64,000 bases of DNA from Eledone cirrhosa. Taxonomy: Eukaryota. The stretch is from assembly GCA_964016885.1 (NCBI GenBank), contig OZ024747.1, positions 14,384,001 through 14,448,000 on the forward strand, read 5' to 3'. The notes below the pieces were generated by a model that was given only the letters and a program-made list of their open reading frames with translations, searched no databases and was not told where the DNA came from. This document shows, in pieces, positions 44,011 through 60,889 of this stretch. The position numbers and the translations under genes are program-made. Positions within the stretch are counted from its first letter, which is position 1, and every line of letters begins with the position of its first letter.

Positions 44011-44614
44011 GAAATAACAACAATAAGCCGAACACCCGAACCACTAGGAGACGAGCCTTCATTCTACATAAGAAAAACCAAATATTTTAATAATTTACTT
44101 TATCGTAGCTATGGGGAAGGATTATCATTGGTGCTGATTTTACTGTTATACCTTATCTTCTGTCCCATTTTTCATTTAGATAACACTGTACTTTCGTAGT
44201 TTCTCAATTACTTTCCGTATGAAATATTGGTCAGAAGACGTCTAACTGCCTATCAGTGTACAACGATAGTCAATCCAGGCTTTCATTATGTAATCAACAA
44301 TGTTCACCGCTAAATCATTATCACTCTCGTATAGTTTAGATTATCTTAGCCAAACAATTGTCACTTACCGTATTTGATAGATGCTTAAACATCTTTTCAT
44401 TGTTTATTTCCAAGCGAATATTTCCAAATCGACATTGCTGATAAATTTGTCGTGTTAGTGAATACATTCTGTATTTGCAAGATGTGATGAGGTGATGTGT
44501 CAAAATATTTTGTTGTGTAGATTGTTTAGGCTCTACTACAGTTTAGCCATTTATGTAATTCTTTTAGTGTCGAAGAATGGTTCCCTATTCAAGTAAAACC
44601 CGACAGCAGCAATA

Positions 44615-45334
44615 ATAGTTTCTTATATAGGCACAAGGCCAGCAATTTTTTAGGAGGGGAAAGTCGATTATATCAATCCCAGTGCATGACTGGTACTTTA
44701 TTTTATCGAGCCCGTAAGGATGAAAGGCAAAGTTAATCTCGGCGGGATTTGAACTCAGATCATAAAGGGCCGTAACTCTATGCTGCAAAGCATGGCATCC
44801 GACCGTCTACCAATACTGCTAATCCACTGCCCTCGACGGCAGCGATAATAAAGATTATTATTTCTAACATTGATATACGACCAACAATTTGGGAAAGGAG
44901 AAAGTCGATTATACAAATCCCAGGACTTAACAGGTATTTTTAATTTACCGAGTCCGGAAAGTTAAATGCTAAGTTGATCTCAGTGGAATTTGAATTTAAA
45001 AAGCAAAAAGTTGTAACTAAATACCGTAAATCATATTCCCGAGGTCCTACCCTACCGAAACTTCCAATCCATCCCCTAGTAATAACAACAACAGCAACAG
45101 CAACAACTAGAGCAGCAGCAGCAGCAACAACAACAGCAACAGCAACAATAATAATTGTTTCTACTTTAGGCACAAGGCCAACAATTACCTAGTGCATTAC
45201 TGGTACTTTATTTTATCGACCCCGTAAGGATGAAAGGCAAAGTCAACCTCGGCGGGATTTGAACTCAGATCGTAAAGGGACGTAACTATGCTGGAAAGCA
45301 TGGCGTCCGACCCTCTACTGATACTGCCAATCCA
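44615..45334 (-). mobile_element. SINE family A cluster: 44615-44832, degenerate 44865-45075, and 45152-45334
   Basis: Match to family consensus. Confidence 0.85.
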
Positions 45335-46311
45335 CAGGAAAATGATGATTATGATGATGATGATCTTGACGATGCCGCTTCTGCGGCTGATGATAATGAT
45401 GAGCTATTATGAATGTATATCAAGTATATCGTCTGGTTTCTGTATGTCTATGTGTTTCTCTGAGTGAATCGTTACAAGTGAATGTTACACCATTGGAAAG
45501 TATACATGTTACGTATTTCCAACGTTAGCGTGATCTTTTCAGCAGTTGTTGCATTGGCCTAATGGCTACCAACTTTGCTTCACAATTCACAATGAATTAC
45601 AATAAAGGTACACGTGTCTGTGGAATGCTCAGTCATTTACTCATAAATATCTTCATCAGACTGCTCCTTTGATCGAACAGTTCAATCTCTCCTCGTCGAG
45701 ACTGGTGGAGGTCCACATCATCGTCTTTCCATAAACACTGATAGATTTATCAATATTCCTACAAAACAATAATACACAACATCATATGGAGGATATAAGC
45801 TTACCATTTTACAGTGAAAGACATTTATGTGTATATAAATATATATATAAACGGAATAGAATGAAACGAAATTTCATTTCTCACTCTTAGTACGGCACTT
45901 ACTTAAATGTAAGTATGTATGTATGTATACGTACATACATATATGTATACAGACGTACACTAGTATATATATACACACATGCACACATATAAATGCACGT
46001 ATCGGTTTACCGAACATTTATTATAATGCTCGGTTTGTCTGTTTGTAAACAAACAAACAGCGCGAATTACGCCGTACAGAATTTAGGCAACCACGTAACC
46101 TTGTGTGCATGTGTGTATATATATACATACTACTGTACGTCTGTATAGATATATGTATGTACGTATACATACATACATACTTACATTTGAATATATATAT
46201 ATATTATTAGAAATGTAAGCTATCGCCGTATTTTGACTAAAGAAATTAAAGAAATTATTTAGCTTGATAGTGGTGTTAAGAACCCTCGGAGAAATGGAAA
46301 AAGATGAGTAT

Positions 46312-46383
46312 TGACGTACATGGGAGTCGAACCCACATCTTTGGTTATCCGGACCACTGTGCTACCATTTACACCAACACATC
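46312..46383 (-). tRNA. tRNA-like cloverleaf (pseudo-tRNA or SINE head) heading an element flanked by (TA)n
   Basis: Acceptor GAUGUGU/GUACGUC, D arm GUGU/GCAC, anticodon loop CCGGAUA, T arm GUGGG-UUCGACU-CCCAU; lacks U33. Confidence 0.6.
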
Positions 46384-46478
46384 ACCCAATATATATATAT
46401 ATATATATAAATATATATATATACATATATATATATTTATATATGTATATATATCAATCTTAGAGAATCTATAAATCT

Positions 46479-46632
<154 letters not shown>

Positions 46633-46749
46633 TTATATATGTCTATATATATATGTGTGTGTGTACATATGTATGGGCGTGTGTATAGTTTGAGGTATGG
46701 ATATATATATATGTGCGAGTTCTTCTGTTATCTATATACATTATGTAGA

Positions 46750-46940
46750 GGGCGTTGGATTGGCAGTATTGGTAGAGGGTCGGATGCCATGTTTTGACGT
46801 ATAGAGTTACGGCCCTTGCCTTTCTGAGTTCAAATCCCGCCAAGGTTAACTTTGCCTTTCTTCCTTACGGGGTCGATAAAATAAAGTACCAGTAATGCAC
46901 TGGATAATTGCTGGCCTTGTGCCTAACGTAGAAACAATTA
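46750..46940 (+). mobile_element. SINE family A
   Basis: Full head-to-tail match to consensus. Confidence 0.9.
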
Positions 46941-47139
46941 TGTGATACGCTTGCGAGTAGATCGTCAATTCCTTAGTTAGATGTAATTTTATTATATTGC
47001 GTATCTATATATCTATATACTATATACATACTATATACGTATATACATGGAGACATAAATAGATAAATATATATGCAAGTACAACATACACGCATCAACA
47101 CAAGCACAATCATATGTACACATATATTTATATGTTCTT

Positions 47140-48420
<1,281 letters not shown>

Positions 48421-48997
48421 TGATTTTAGACTGATAGAAAGAGAAAGAGAACGAGATATTAGATGCAGGAAGAAACACAAGAAGAAAAAAATGTAACAAG
48501 TTCAAAGTAATCTAAAAAGAAAGGTCACAATAAGATGGCTAATACATCTCTTTGGGGATAGGAAGATTGTTTAACCTTTAATATAAATGGAAACAAACAA
48601 GGCCATTATTAATAAGGCTAAAGACAGATGTAATACACAAGAGATCGGAGAGATTTAGTAAAGAAAAAAACTAATGATGTAAACTAAAATGCGACGAAAT
48701 GAATCGGACAGATTGAGTGAGAGAGAAGGAGTCGGTAAGAAAGTTTGATATATAGGAATAGAGAAAAAGAAGGAAGTAAGGAATACACACGGAGACATAC
48801 ATATATATATTATATATAAGTGTGTGTATGAGTGTATGTATGTATCTATCAATCTTCCTATATATATATATATATTAATATATGCATGTATACATATATA
48901 TATGTGTGTGTGTGTTATATATATATATATTATATATATATATTATATACACACAAACATATATATATATATGTATGTATATGTGTATATGTTTGTG

Positions 48998-49069
<72 letters not shown>

Positions 49070-49807
49070 ATCAATATAGAAAGAGAAGATGCAAAGATGA
49101 CAGTATGTGTTGCAAAAGACCAAGAGTGAAAATGGAGAGAAAGAGAGGTAAATGTTGGTGTGATGGTGATATATATAATAATGGTGGCTGTAAGAAACAC
49201 AGAGGATAAAAGATATTCGTATTGAGAAGAAAGAAGATAATGAAGAAAGTTATATTTACATTGAATATTGTTTGTTTACTTCAATTGTAACACGAGAATA
49301 ATGAACAAATGCCAATCTTTGCTGGAGAATTAGATGAATCGGGAGAGTGTCGTATGTAATGCCGTGTAGCCCGAGTTCTAATACTGCCTGTGTCAACTGT
49401 GTCAACACCTTGGAATTGTACTTATGTATAAGTCTAGGATGTTTAATCGTTAGAGCGTCAGATATTTTGAATGTCGTTATATATTCCGGATCCTTGCGTT
49501 AAAAAGAATGCTAGTCTAGGTTGGTAAACTTGTAACATCGTTAGAAAACCGAAACAGTGACAATGTTGCATTGCATTCCAGTTGCTTGTATTTTGAATTG
49601 AAATCACTCTTATCAAGAAAAACTTCACATTTCTTTTGTCTTGGATTTATAAATAGCAAGACTAGAGTTGGCGGGATCGTTAAAGCGCTGGACTTGTTAA
49701 CATGTTTTATTTCTTCCCATATTTTTCATTCTAAGTTCAAATCCCAGCGTGATCTATTGCACGGTACATTCTCGGGTTCCTTTAGCAGAGTCGATTCTGT
49801 TGCAATT

Positions 49808-50015
49808 ATTGGTTTCTTATATAGGCACAAAGCCAGCAATTTTGGGAGAGGGGAAAGTCGGTTAAATCGACCCAGTACGTGACTGGTACTTTATTTTATC
49901 GACCCACATAAGGATGAAAGGCAATGTTAACCTCGGCGGGATTTGAACTCAGATCATAAAGGGCCGTAACTCTATGCTAAAAAGCATGGCGTCCGACCCT
50001 CTACCGATACTGCCA
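49808..50015 (-). mobile_element. SINE family A, long subfamily
   Basis: Match to family consensus. Confidence 0.85.
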
Positions 50016-51276
50016 GCAATTATTACAGATAAGTCACTAGAATATTAGAATACATTCCACATTCTCACCAATATGTCTTGAAGTTCCCTTAAAAAGTGCG
50101 ACACTCACTACCATACCTTTTGAATTAATGATGAATAAATGTATTTGAAGACGTATTGATGGCAAGACAGACAAATTTCAAATACAAAATTTGTCGAAAT
50201 GATTCGGTAGAATGCAATAGTTAGTTTAAACAGAAAACTTGATGGAATCAACGAAGAGAAGGATCTATGTCATATATATTCACCACATTCCTTTTAAAGG
50301 ATACATCTAGACCACGACAGAACGAAGAAGAAGGAGAAGAAGAAGAAGTAAATATTTTCTTTACTTCATTGAACTATCATTGAATCCGAAAAAATGATAT
50401 TCATTTATAAATATCATAAACATTTTGCTACAAATGAGATTCACTTTTATGTATAAAATTTCTTCCCACATAACTCCACCCACATCTAATTAAGGATAAC
50501 AGATAAATGAATACAAAAAAAAATCCAACCCCACCAAGATCCACCACACAAAATAAAATTACTCAGTTACAAAAACAACGCTTAACCTAATTAATTAACC
50601 TTTTAACATTTTATTATACTCGTACTAACAAACCCAACAGCTTAAATAAAAAAATAAAAATAAAATATGCAGACAATATATTTTACCCTTCATAAAATTT
50701 TACAACATTTCCTCCATCGCCTTGCTTTATTTTCCATAACGTTCCTTTCCTTTGCTTTGCTTGTCTTTAGATCGTCTACTCAACTACACTAGACTGTACT
50801 GAAAGAAAATTTAAGGTAACATTATAATTAATAAACTTCATACCGAGATTTAAACAAAAAACAACCAAACAAGAACCAAAATACAACATTAAAATAAACA
50901 GAAATACCTTGTTTTCCTAAAATTTAATGCTGATATGATTGGTTCAAAGAATGAAGAATGAAATATAAAATAATTCCTTCTTCTATATTTGTTCTGTTTA
51001 TGATTTTTAAAATTGAATTCGTATCAAAGTACTCCTTTTGTTTCCTTGAAGCTGCAGGGAATCTGATACCAAGATATTATTTTTGTTACCATTAATTGCC
51101 TTTTAGATGTGTTCCGAAAATATTGGTTTCGTTTGCTCTAGGGAAAAAGTTTTTCTATAAATTCTTGAAACTATTTCCCTCGCCATTCTATCCACTTGCA
51201 TCGTAATGAGGTGTATAAACGACACACACGAACACACACATGCATGTACACACATTTGTGTATACATATTTACTGC

Positions 51277-51409
<133 letters not shown>

Positions 51410-52344
51410 ACATATATATATATGTACACTGACACTGACACACACACATATACGTGTGTGTCTGAGTACACATTTGATGTTGTATTCTATACTAATGGAT
51501 TACTTATCCAAAACAAATATTTAATTCCTTGTTGTTTATATTTTTTAAATCTTCCATATAAATTAATTTAGTAAAATATATAATGATTTCAAAGTTACGT
51601 ACGTACGTGAAAAGTTTTGAAGTCCATATCTCATTATACTTATGTATTGCACCAGTAAAACTGATAACTTCAGAACATTGTGTTGAATTACAGAAAAGTA
51701 TCATGTTGCTTTTCCTTTTGCTTCTTTTTTCTTGATCTTTTGGTAAATCAAAATTCGAAGTTTAATAATTCAGATTTAATTTCATTAAAGTTTCAATCTT
51801 AGGTCCATAGATCCACACCAAATATCCGAGGATGCACCCGAATCTTGACAACAAGAAATTTGGAAAAAAATATAATAAACAACCTTCGGACTCCAGGACG
51901 CATGGTAGATTCTGTAGACTTATTTTAGGAAAAAAGTAGCGTCTTCGACGCCGAGAAATACGGTAGTTACTTTCAACGAACTAAAATTTTGCGCTGTCCA
52001 CTTTCTATTTTTATTCCAGATGTTGACCTGAGATCATGCTGGACTATCACCTTCAAGGGTTTAGTCAATCATATCAACCCTAGTAATTATTTTCAGTCTA
52101 GTATTCACCTTATCGATCTTAATTTCTTGGTGATGGTATTTACCAAAGATAGGTTGAGTCGGCTCAAACCAGTGAATCCCGATTATAGCCAACAGAGGCT
52201 CTCCATTTCTAGACATCCGACAGAGTTATAGTCAGCCAGTCACAATTCTATGTCGGATACCATAATATGCGACTCAAGAGTCGATGAGTTAGTGATAATC
52301 GATCGCTATTTGGTGAACTACCAAGTTACATGATATAAACTAAA

Positions 52345-52735
52345 TAATTGTTTCTACTTTTGGCACAAGGCCAGCAATTATCCCAGTGCATTACTGGTAC
52401 TTTATTTGATCGGCCCCGTAAGGATGAAAGGCAAAGTTAACCTCGGCGGGATTTGAATTCAGAATGGCAAGAGTCGTAACTCTATCCGTCAAAGCATGGC
52501 GTCCGACCCTCTACCGATACTGCCAATCCACCGCCCTTATAAACTAAATAATGGTTTCTTATATAGGCACAAGACCATCAATTTTGGGGGAGGGGGAAGT
52601 CGATTAAATCGACCCCAGTGTGTGACTGGTACTTTATTTTATCGACCCAGTAAGGACGAAAGGCAAAGTTAACCTCGGCGGGATTTGAACTCAGATCATA
52701 AATCCCGCCGAGGTTAACTTTACTTTTCATCCTTA
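52345..52735 (-). mobile_element. Two tandem SINE A copies; the second ends in a short fold-back
   Basis: 52700-52735 is an inverted copy of about 52651-52686. Confidence 0.85.
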
Positions 52736-53047
52736 CAAGTAGTAGTGGATGTTTAGCTATGTTGAAGTCCCCGGGAACACGAACAGACATATATACAGAC
52801 AAACAATGTTTTACTGCTTAGTGAGAGAGCCCAGGACAGTGGCCATAACCGTCTATATTTTCTAGAAGGTGGCCACGACTGCTTGTTATATGTACAAAGA
52901 GTGTTAAACAAGATATACACATATTCAGCCCTTGAAACATCAAGTGAGATGAAAACTCAAGTAATTCATCCAAGTATCTTGCTCGAGAGTAAACTCTGGG
53001 TTTCCGACCAAGTTGTTATGTCCGTATTTTACATACACACTCACACA

Positions 53048-53122
<75 letters not shown>

Positions 53123-53240
53123 ACATATATGTATATATTATATTTATATATATATGTGTATATCTTGTTTAACACTGTACATATAAGAAAACTTTATTCA
53201 TTGTACAAATTTTACAACCAATATGAACGTATGTGTGTGC

Positions 53241-53322
<82 letters not shown>

Positions 53323-53324
<2 letters not shown>

Positions 53325-53614
53325 TAGGGCGGGTAAAATTCCCGAGATCCATGGACGAGTTCTCTCCAGTGGTCTCTGTCCCTCGTTATCGCTGCCATGT
53401 CATGCGTTTCCAACAGACCAGTGTCTGTCCTTAGGGGATTAATATACGTTAAACTTGGTCTTCCTCTTCCAGTCAGCTCAAAAGTGACACAGAGGCGACT
53501 AAGGTTAGCTGGACATGCGCACCGACATCCAGAGTTGACATTCCACTCAGTGCTCCTGTGGGAGCCCCTACATGGACACACTGGAAGAGGAAGACCAAGG
53601 TTAATGTATGTTGA
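53323..53614 (-). mobile_element. RTE LINE insertion with a 5' inversion
   Basis: Minus: [19 protein letters not shown]...[10 protein letters not shown]; plus: VTQRRLRLAGHAHRHPE...LLWEPLHGHTGRGRPRLMYVD. Confidence 0.85.
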
Positions 53615-53889
53615 TATATATATATATATTCACATGCGTATGAACGTGCATATATAAGTACATATATTTATATATTCATCTAACCATGAATTTCTATTTT
53701 AACTCGATTTATGTTTATTATTGTAGTATACATTACATACATGCACATATTGTGTAGATATATAAATACATAAGAAAATACACGAATATTCCTGATGTAT
53801 ATCACACACGCGCGCACACTTACACACTTACATACACACTCACCCACATTCATACACACATGTATATATATATATATATATATATGTGT

Positions 53890-53937
<48 letters not shown>

Positions 53938-55431
53938 ATATACACACATACATACATAAACATATACATACATAAACATATACACATATACATACATATA
54001 TACCAACGTATACAGTATGTATATCAAATTATTTGAATTATGATTAATATACGTATTTTATATTCAAATGTATGAAACTGTTCAGTTTAAAAGCCTATGT
54101 AGTATGTTCTGACTGATTCTATTCTATAAGAGAAAGATTCTGTATGATTATGTGTGGAATTTTCTGTGGGCAATTGAAATATTATTTGACGAGTAACAAT
54201 GCAGATAATGATGTTTTGTCTAGTTCTTTTAAATCTTGTTCTTTCTGTCGTTTTGTCTCATTAGAAAATACCACACCACTCCAAGAATCGAAATGTTTTC
54301 TATGAGAAGCGTACCATGGTCTTTCTGACAAAAATGTCGACAGGAGTCGTAAACAAAATTTTCTGTCTGTGTATAGAGAGACATGTTATGAAATTGATTT
54401 CTTACATAAAATGTCTTATAGTATTTTATAATGTGAGTCTTAGGTAAAGAGTAATAATATATCGGCTGTTAATGAATACATTGTTGAAGTTTCTAATAAA
54501 CAATGACGATATTCTCAATGGGAATCTACAGTTCTAGAATAAGTATGATTACCTTTCCATTTGGTGCCTTGAATGGTGCTTGTTACACATCGAAGTGACT
54601 TTCAGGGTTAAAAATTTGTTAGTTAATCATTATAACAATAACTCAATACATAGCTTAGGTGGGTTCGATCCAAAGTTCAATATCAAGTTAAAGTTTTACA
54701 ATCTATTATAAAATTGCTTTTGGTTCGTAGCTTCATGTGTAGGTTAGGTCAGTGATATCAGCTAGTCGAGCAACGTTTGTATTTCAATGTAGCACATCTT
54801 TCTGCCCGGAATGTGTTAAAGTGTAACGAATTTAACCAGACTGTTAATACAGACAGAGTGAACATTTGAAATATTTACGGCTTTGATAAATAAACCTAGA
54901 TTTTAATTACAGAAATATTGATCTCTAACGTAGGCACTAGTCCACATTACATTTTGGGGGTATGGACTGAATAAATAGTATTTAACTGATATCTATTTAA
55001 TCGATTACGGATTCTTAAAAAAATTAACATAAACAAAATGTGGACATCGACGGGATAGGATCTCAAAATGTAATGGAACCTAGTTAAATGACAATATACA
55101 ATACAATACACGTCTAAGAAAGTATCAATTGAATACGTTATAGCATAGGTAAGAGGCCAGATATATAGCAGGATGGGATGGTCGATTAAATTATCCTGAA
55201 GGGCGGTGCCCCAGCATGACCTCAGTCGGATAGCTGGAACAGGTAAAAGAGTAAAAGAGTAAAAGAGCAAAAGTGTATTTGCCTGGTTCTTTATTATCTC
55301 AACCACGGAAGGATTAAAGTATAAATTAACCTCAAAGGAATTTAAACACTGAACGTAAAACGCCGGAACAAATACCGCAAAATATGTCGTCCGTTACTCC
55401 TTCGGTTCTGTCAACATATTGCTTTTAACTA

Positions 55432-56514
55432 ATAACTGTTTCTACTTTAAGCACAAGGCCAGCAATTACCCAATGCATTACTGGTACTTTATTTTATCGA
55501 CCCCGTAAGGATGAAAGGCAAAGTCAACCTCGGCGGGATTTGAACTCAGATCAACCAGAAATAGTAAAGCATCAGTGGCTATTAAAATACACCCTAATTT
55601 TTGCTCGGCCTCCCGAATGGCCTCACGCAATCCACTACCTTATAGAAATAGAAAACCAGCTCGTTTGTAGATGGCAATTCAGCTTTCGACGAAGCTATAT
55701 CATAATTGTTTCTACTTTTTGACACAAGGCCAGCAATTACCCAGTGCATTACTGGTACTTTATTTTATCGACCCCGTAAGGATGAAAGGCAAAGTTATAC
55801 TCGGCGGGATTTGAACTCAGGTTATAAAGAGAGGTAACTCTATGCTTCAAAGCATGGCGCCCGACCCTCTACCAATACTGCCAATCCGCCGCCAGTTTTT
55901 AGACATGAAACATTTACTTGACAAGGATGTATGCCGTGGAGGACAAGGACAGTTTTACTGATGGATTGGCAGTATCGGTAGAGGGTCGAACGCCATGCTT
56001 TGACACGTAGAGTTACGGCCCTTGCCATTCTGAGTTCAAATCCCGCCGAGGTTAACTTTGCCTTTCATCCTTACGAGGTCGATAAAATAAAGTACCAGTA
56101 ATACACTGGGTAATTGCTGGCCTTGTGCCAAAAGTAGAAACAATTATTACAGTGTCTAATGTGCTACGCCAAATTCCAAGACGATGTGTAGGTAATGGCT
56201 AAGGTTCTTGCAAACCTATCTTAACAAGAGGTCCATTATTGTTACTAATTCAAGTCAATCTTAATGACGTCATTGCAATCCTATTATACGTCAATATCTA
56301 TTTGTCAATATATAGATAAATAAAGGGCGGTAGATTGGCAGTATCGGTAGAGGGCCGGACACCATGCTTTCCAGCATAGTTACGTCCCTTTACGATCTGA
56401 GTTCAAATCCCGCCGAGGTTGACTTTGCCTTTCATCCTTACGGGGTCGATAAAATAAAGTACCAGTAATGCACTGGGTAATTGCTGGCCTTGTGTCAAAA
56501 AGTAGAAACAATTA
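55432..56514. mobile_element. Four SINE A copies: 55432-55552 (-), 55703-55890 (-), 55962-56146 (+), 56325-56514 (+)
   Basis: Match to family consensus. Confidence 0.9.
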
Positions 56515-56779
56515 TATAGATAAATAAAAAGAAGAATAGTCAAAGGGCCAAGCTAAATTGATAGACACTTTCATGTTAATGATGGTGGTGGTGATGATGA
56601 TGATGGTGATGATGATGATCATGATGATGATGATGATGATGATGGCGGTGGTGGCGGTGTTGGTGGTGACGTCGGTAGATTGATCTTCATTTTATGATGT
56701 AGCTATAATTAACATCTTTCCCATTCATCTTCATTTTACATGTAGCCTTAATGAACATCATTCTCATCATCACCGCCAT

Positions 56780-57370
56780 GAGCACCATAACCACCACCAC
56801 CACCACCACCACCACCACCACCACCACCACCACTACCACCAACACTATCATCACCACCACCACCACCAACACTATCATCACCACCACCACCATTACCACC
56901 ACTACCACCACCACCAACACTATCATCACCACCACCACCACTACCACCACCACTACCACCACCACCACCACCACCATCACCACCACCAACACTATCATCA
57001 CCACCACCAACACCAACACCACCGCCAGCACCAGCACCAGTACCACCACCATCACCACCACAACCACCACCCCTACCATAACCCCTACCACCACCACCAC
57101 CACCACCACCACCACTACCACCACCATCACCACTACCACCTTCACCATCACCACCACAACCACCACTACCACCACCAGAAAAACCACCACCACCACCACC
57201 ACCACCATCGCCACCACCACCACCACAACCACCACCATCATCACCACCACCACCATCACCACCACCACCACACCACCAACATCTCCACCATTGCTGTTGC
57301 TGCTACTCTCACGACAAACACTGTCACTCTTCACCACTATCATCATCATCATCATCATCCACACCATCAG
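56780..57370. repeat. Degenerate (ACC)n tract
   Basis: Directly visible. Confidence 0.9.
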
Positions 57371-57952
57371 CAGCATATCTATGTTTATCTTTAATATCAT
57401 TGACAATACAGAAACGAGACGATGATTGTGGTATCTAATTAAATATTAATCACTGATCTGTATTTTACGTGTAAGGTTGCCACATATCATTATAACACCT
57501 GGCAAATAACTGCAATTGAGGGAGTCTACGCTCAGTCCCTTAGCCTGTTGGGAATAGCTGCCCAAACTTCTTCACATATCGCACCACATCTTTAGGAAAC
57601 CAAATGACATATTGAATAAAGAGGGTCTTGATTTATTTTAAAATACGTACTGCCACAACAACAGCAACAACAACATAGGTCTTCAGAAACCGACAAATAA
57701 ACCCCTATGGGATCGCTTCAATATAATGTATATATATAGCTCTGACAGTTGGCAGGTGAACAGTGAATTGTACTAACGAAGGGTGATACACAGAAACATT
57801 AGTGTCTGCAGTTCTGTTTACATGCCAATTCAAGAGCAAGAAAGAGGGGCTCATTCTACTGACATGGCTTTAAAAATGAGGTTTGTTTGCATAATTGCAA
57901 ACGAAATAATAATAATATTCGAAAAACTCAGAAAAACTCATTTATATATATT

Positions 57953-58008
<56 letters not shown>

Positions 58009-58051
58009 AATAAAAAATGGCGTGCTGTGTTGTTGCATATGTGATATATAC

Positions 58052-58104
<53 letters not shown>

Positions 58105-58224
58105 ATATAAGATCAAAAGATGGTTAAAGGAGTTCCATGTATTTTATTATGCGCATTTCAAAAACAAACATCATCATGCAATAATATTTGTGTTTTCATC
58201 AGATATATATATATACACACACAC

Positions 58225-58293
<69 letters not shown>

Positions 58294-58303
58294 ATATGGA
58301 AAT

Positions 58304-58355
58304 GGCTTCTACAAGACTAGAACAGTTTCATTCGAAGGAAATCATCAGGAAAGCC
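58304..58355 (-). ncRNA. Hammerhead, family 3 relative, in fold-back element 58291-58468
   Basis: GGCUUUC CUGAUGA UUUC-CUUC-GAAU GAAA CUGUUCUAGUCUUG UA GAAGCC. Confidence 0.65.
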
Positions 58356-58517
58356 TTCGAATGAAACAGTTCTAGTCCTGTAGAAGCCATTTCTATATTA
58401 AATATTTATAGTCTGCTATGTATTGAGTACTTTACTTACTGTGGTTACACCCGATTGAGCCCGGAATACACACACACACACGCGCACACACACGCGCACA
58501 CACACACATCCCCCCCC

Positions 58518-58577
<60 letters not shown>

Positions 58578-58792
58578 AAGCAAAGGCTCGTTCCTTTGTC
58601 AGTGTTGAACAAACGAGCAACGATGGTTGCTGGACACTACGGCTTAATACGAGATGTTTGTTTACAAACACACCGAGCATTATAATAAATTTTCGGTGAA
58701 TCCATACGTACATATATATATGTGTGCAAGTATATATATATATATACATACTACTGTACGTCTGTATACATATATGTATGTACGTGTACATA

Positions 58793-58828
<36 letters not shown>

Positions 58829-59067
58829 TTCAAAATATTAACAAAATTTATATTCTTGTGATCAAGTATATTTTATTATACATATTTCAGAGGCGCTGAG
58901 TTAACTTCAACAGTACGTCCTCATCAGATAAAATAAGATGATGCATGACATACCTTGACATAGTAGATGGTTAAGATTCAGTCATGGTAGTGAGTTATAT
59001 ATGACAAAACTCAATATTTATATACCTTAATATTCTTTGATTTATTCATTGAACCTTGTTTAACCTT

Positions 59068-59367
<300 letters not shown>

Positions 59368-59385
59368 TTTATTTATATATATATA

Positions 59386-59449
<64 letters not shown>

Positions 59450-59464
59450 TTATTTATTTATATA

Positions 59465-59632
<168 letters not shown>

Positions 59633-59809
59633 TTATTTATATATATATATATATATACGCTCCCTCACCGGATCGTCATAAGTAGACCTAGTAATCAACA
59701 CTCGAGGGCCACCGACTGAGGTAGAAGCTACTAAATAGTCGGTCGTCCTCTTGTTTCTGATTTTCAGCCCCATGGATTTTATCTGTTATATTACGTTGTT
59801 ATATTTCGA

Positions 59810-59867
59810 ATACCTGATGATATCACCGGATTCATACTAAACCCGGTCATTGAAACAATCATAGTAT
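59810..59867 (+). ncRNA. Hammerhead with a degenerate stem III, in (TA)n-flanked element 59658-60062
   Basis: AUAC CUGAUGA UAUC-ACCGG...CCGGU-CAUU GAAA CAAUCA UA GUAU, followed by AAUAAA. Confidence 0.65.
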
Positions 59868-60058
59868 AATAAACCTTTCAAGGATTTACACAAGTCCAGC
59901 CTCCTGTTATTTTATAATAATTAACTCCGTATTCGCAACAACAACTACACAAACGAAGACGGGTGAGTTGCATTACGTTGAGTGCTCTCCACAATATTAC
60001 ATCGAGATTGACCATACGGAATGACCAGTTCTATCCAGTGGTGAACCAACTAACCTAA

Positions 60059-60107
<49 letters not shown>

Positions 60108-60426
60108 GTTATTAGGAGTATTCCAAAGCTTGGTAGAACAAGTTGTGAGGAAAGTTCTCAACATACGTTAAGGTGACTCGACAGGTTGGTAGGGATTCTG
60201 TAGTGGAAACACGAACAAACGAGGAGTGTAATCAAAGAAGAGAAATAGGACGAAGGTAAACAATTACAAAAGAATTTAATCCACGTATTTACAATTGTTT
60301 CATCAGAATTTCAGTCCATTATTGCTACACTATGTTATAATAGGCAATCAAGAAAGATACTGTGGCATCCGAATTTTCAAAATACAAAGTTGGAATATAT
60401 ATATATGTGTGTGTATATATATATAC

Positions 60427-60479
<53 letters not shown>

Positions 60480-60779
60480 TAGGGCATCGACAAACGGGGA
60501 AAAGTTCTGAAAGTTCTTCCAATGATGAGTAAATAAAACAGAAATATTTACTACAGTCTGACTTTGTATATATTTTATTGTGCATACATATGCATGGAAG
60601 TGTATACTTGTTCATAATTTATGTCATCTACACAAACACACAGAAACACCGTTGTCTATCTATTAAGTATGTATATATGAATGTATATATGTATGTGGTT
60701 ATACATGTATGTATATATGTATGAGTGTATGTTTGAGTATGTATGAATGTATTTATGCGTGCGTGTGTGTATATATAAA

Positions 60780-60889
<110 letters not shown>

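Noticed and set aside
51504-51704. ORF with a possible GTACGT donor
   Set aside because: No partner exon or homology; within chance expectation.
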